Of a stretch of 56,745 nucleotides of DNA, positions 54,112-56,745 are shown one piece after another. The translations under genes and the position numbers were made by a program. Under the pieces are notes generated by a model that had not been told where the DNA came from, did not search any database, and saw nothing but the letters and a program-made list of their open reading frames with translations. Numbering within the stretch: position 1 is the first letter of the stretch; each line of letters begins with the position of its first letter. The stretch spans positions 1 to 56,745 of the forward strand of contig JAJRXJ010000315.1 of NCBI GenBank assembly GCA_024276355.1, in the 5' to 3' direction. The stretch is from Actinomycetes bacterium. Lineage in GTDB: Bacteria > Actinomycetota > Acidimicrobiia > Acidimicrobiales > Aldehydirespiratoraceae.

Positions 54112-55499
54112 ACACCACCTCATCTCCATCGGGTTCCGCCCCGAGCCGGAGGTGGTTGCTGGTCGGCATGGGCGTCACCAACCGGGCGGTCGCCGGCGCG
54201 CTGTTGCGCCGGGGCGGCTCGGTGGCGGTGGTCGACGAGAACCCCGACGACGATCTCCGCGATGCCTGCTCCAAGCTTGGTCTCGAACTTGTCGAATCGC
54301 CATCGACGGATCAGTTGGCCGACATGATCTCGAGAACCGATTCGGTCGTTCCCGCGCCGGGTCTTCCCGAGTCGCATGCCGCGTTCGCTCTGGCCGACGA
54401 GGCTCACAAGCCGGTGGTGAGCGAGCTGGATCTCGCCGCCGATTGGGATGATCGTCCGGTGATCGCGATCACCGGGACCAACGGCAAGACCACGGTGGTC
54501 GAGTTGGTGCTCGACTGTCTGGGCCGATCCGGGATCAAGGCTGTTGGTGCGGGGAACACCGAGATTCCCATGGTCAGTGCGATCGATGACCGGTCCGTGG
54601 AGGTATTCGTGGTCGAGGCCTCGTCGTTTCGTCTGGCCCGCACCGCCAGATTCCGGCCATCGGTGGCCACTTGGCTCAACTTCGCGCCCGACCACCTCGA
54701 CATCCATTCGAGCCTTGATGCCTACGAAGCGTCGAAGGCCAAGATATGGGCGAGGTGTTCGCAATCGACCACCGCCGTGGCCAACGCCGACGATCCGGCG
54801 GTGATGGCGCATGTGCCGGCGATGGGTGACCTGGTCACCTTCGGTTCCGGAGACGCCGATTGGAGAGTCGACGAAGACGGAGCTCTGCGTGGCCCCGACG
54901 GACCCGTACTTCGACAGGAAGAGCTTTGGCGTTCCCTTCCCCACGATGTCATCGATGCCCTCGCGGCGGCGGCCACAGCCACTGCCGCGGGTGCAACGCG
55001 TGAGGCCGTGGCCGGGGCCCTCCGGTCGTTCCCTGGTTTGGCTCACCGTGTTCAGGAAGTGGCGACCATCGACGGGTCGGTCTTCTACGACGACTCCAAG
55101 GCCACGACCCCCCACGCCACGGTGTCCGCCCTGCGGGGCTTCGACTCGGTGGTGTTGATCGCCGGGGGGCGCAACAAGGAGATCGATCTTTCCACCATGG
55201 TCTCGGCCGTGGATCATGTGGCGGCCGTCGTGGCCATTGGAGAATCCGCCGATGAGGTCACCCGAGCCTTCGAGTCTCATCGCCACGTCGAGACCGCGTC
55301 CAACATGGACGACGCCGTGGCCAGGGCCGCTCGGCTGGCGCGAGGGGGGCTACCGGTGCTGCTCTCGCCCGGCTGCGCATCGTTCGACTGGTACGTCAAC
55401 TACGGGGAACGAGGCCGCGACTTTGCCAGAGCCGTGGTCGACCATTCGAAATCGGCCCGTACCGGATCACCGACCACACCGGGAGGAGACATCGAGTGA
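54108..55499 (+). CDS. murD: UDP-MurNAc-L-Ala--D-glutamate ligase
   Basis: ATG 54108 (ATGA overlap); ITGTNGKTT, EASSF, APDHLD, DDSKAT, LLSPGCASFD. Confidence 0.96.
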   Translation: MNTTSSPSGSAPSRRWLLVGMGVTNRAVAGALLRRGGSVAVVDENPDDDLRDACSKLGLELVESPSTDQLADMISRTDSVVPAPGLPESHAAFALADEAHKPVVSELDLAADWDDRPVIAITGTNGKTTVVELVLDCLGRSGIKAVGAGNTEIPMVSAIDDRSVEVFVVEASSFRLARTARFRPSVATWLNFAPDHLDIHSSLDAYEASKAKIWARCSQSTTAVANADDPAVMAHVPAMGDLVTFGSGDADWRVDEDGALRGPDGPVLRQEELWRSLPHDVIDALAAAATATAAGATREAVAGALRSFPGLAHRVQEVATIDGSVFYDDSKATTPHATVSALRGFDSVVLIAGGRNKEIDLSTMVSAVDHVAAVVAIGESADEVTRAFESHRHVETASNMDDAVARAARLARGGLPVLLSPGCASFDWYVNYGERGRDFARAVVDHSKSARTGSPTTPGGDIE

Positions 55500-56698
55500 C
55501 CGCCACCCAACGGCGTCCAACGCGCCGCAGTCAGAAGTCGGCCTCGCGTGGCAACCATCCCACGGCGAGAGTCGCTCCGGACGGGCGCGGCCCGCGCCGC
55601 CCCATTGGTCGTCGAACCCCGCTTTTCCTGGCGTTGTTCATGGCGACGACCATGCTGGTGGTGCTCGGGGCGATCATGGTGTTGTCGGCTTCCGCGGCCA
55701 CCAGCATCGCCGACACCAATAGTGCGTGGAGCCTGTTCCGACGTCAGCTGGTCTGGACCGGGCTGGGCGCCGTGGCAATGCTCTTCACAATGCGGATCGA
55801 CTACCACGTGTGGAGGCGTGTTGCCCGGCCGGCGATGATGCTCGGGTTGCTGACGCTGGTGTCGATTCTCGCCCCCGGAGTGGGGATCACGGTGAACGGT
55901 GCCACCAGATGGATCGGCGTCGGCTCACTCACCTTCCAACCGTCGGAATTCGTCAAGCTCACGTTGATCCTTTTCATCGCTGATCTGCTGGCCAGGCCCA
56001 CACGGTCGATGGCCGACAGCAGATCAACCATGCGGCCGGTGCTGTTCGTGACCGGCGCGGTTGTCGCCCTGCTGATGCTCCAACCACACCTTGGGGCCAG
56101 CCTCATCCTCCTGGCCATCGCATCGTCGATGCTGTTCCTGGCCGGCGCTCCGATACTCAAGATGTTCGGCCTTGGTTCGGTCACGGCAGTATTCGGAGCT
56201 CTGGTGATCGCCACCTCCCCGTGGCGCCGCGACCGGCTTCTGGCATTCCTTCATCCGAAGGCCGATCCGAACGGTGCGGGATACCAACCCCTTCAGTCAC
56301 TTCACGCGATCACATCCGGTGGTTTCCTCGGGGTGGGTCTGGGTCAGAGTCGGGCAAAATGGGGGTTCCTTCCCTATGCACACACCGACTTCATATTCGC
56401 GATTCTCGCCGAGGAGCTGGGTCTTCTCGGCGCCACCTTCGTCATCGCCATGTTCACGGTGATCGGCGTGGCCGGATTCATGACCGCCCTGCGGGCCCCG
56501 GACCGATTCGGAATGCTCCTGGCGGTGGGGCTCACCACATGGGTGGTGGCCCAGGCGGTTCTCAACATCGGCGCGGTGATGGCCGTGCTGCCGGTCACCG
56601 GTGTGACCCTGCCGTTCATGTCGTTCGGAGGCTCGTCCGTGGTGATGACCATGGCTGCCATGGGATTGCTCCTCAACGTTGCCAGGCAAAGCCGTTGA
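55496..56698 (+). CDS. ftsW: SEDS peptidoglycan polymerase FtsW
   Basis: NGATRWI, QPSEFVK, GYQ, LPYAHTDFIF, GVTLPFMSFGGSS. Confidence 0.95.
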   Translation: MTATQRRPTRRSQKSASRGNHPTARVAPDGRGPRRPIGRRTPLFLALFMATTMLVVLGAIMVLSASAATSIADTNSAWSLFRRQLVWTGLGAVAMLFTMRIDYHVWRRVARPAMMLGLLTLVSILAPGVGITVNGATRWIGVGSLTFQPSEFVKLTLILFIADLLARPTRSMADSRSTMRPVLFVTGAVVALLMLQPHLGASLILLAIASSMLFLAGAPILKMFGLGSVTAVFGALVIATSPWRRDRLLAFLHPKADPNGAGYQPLQSLHAITSGGFLGVGLGQSRAKWGFLPYAHTDFIFAILAEELGLLGATFVIAMFTVIGVAGFMTALRAPDRFGMLLAVGLTTWVVAQAVLNIGAVMAVLPVTGVTLPFMSFGGSSVVMTMAAMGLLLNVARQSR

Positions 56699-56745
56699 GC
56701 CCCGAGCCATCGACCACCGATGAGGGTGCATGGGTCGTCATCGCG
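56695..56745 (+). CDS. murG: MurG N-terminus (truncated by window end)
   Basis: TTG overlapping the ftsW stop; MSPEPSTTDEGAWVVIA, where GGGTGGH would be expected next; position in the dcw cluster. Confidence 0.6.
   Translation, partial: MSPEPSTTDEGAWVVIA

Overview
High-GC actinobacterial chromosomal segment, most likely class Acidimicrobiia, judged from gene content, Thr-rich secreted proteins and many apparently leaderless genes (inference). It is mostly core genome. From left to right it holds: a partial BCCP-carboxyltransferase fusion gene, a four-gene MacB-type ABC export cluster, a class A PBP, a zinc-ribbon/His-phosphatase/arfB/rnpB block, a Fur-rubrerythrin-FeS oxidoreductase-DUF3501 oxidative-stress operon, trpD / DEDD-GIY-YIG nuclease / queG / pimB'-like / SRPBCC / ROK, alaC, glpK, pfkA, an RR-HK-GerMN lipoprotein three-component system, ppm1, NUDIX-dinB, MoxR-DUF58-transglutaminase, and the start of the dcw cluster (mraZ to partial murG, with no murF). 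No CRISPR array, tRNA, rRNA or transposase was seen. The most interesting observations are: (1) a membrane-tethered BldD-like protein that keeps most of the c-di-GMP-binding RxD-X8-RxxD signature; (2) sigma28 (WhiG/FliA)-type promoter motifs in front of three orphan genes, namely that BldD-like gene, an ATPase-dead SMC-like coiled-coil protein, and an unlisted 54-aa ORF ending in an ssrA-like LPAAA, suggesting an undescribed developmental or motility regulon; (3) an ABC adaptor protein with a peptidoglycan-binding domain and an inserted Calx-beta cassette whose third domain appears split or circularly permuted; (4) a perfect LexA box upstream of the dcw operon; (5) compensatory changes in the near-invariant P4 helix of RNase P RNA. 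All family assignments come from motif recognition by eye, not from database searches.
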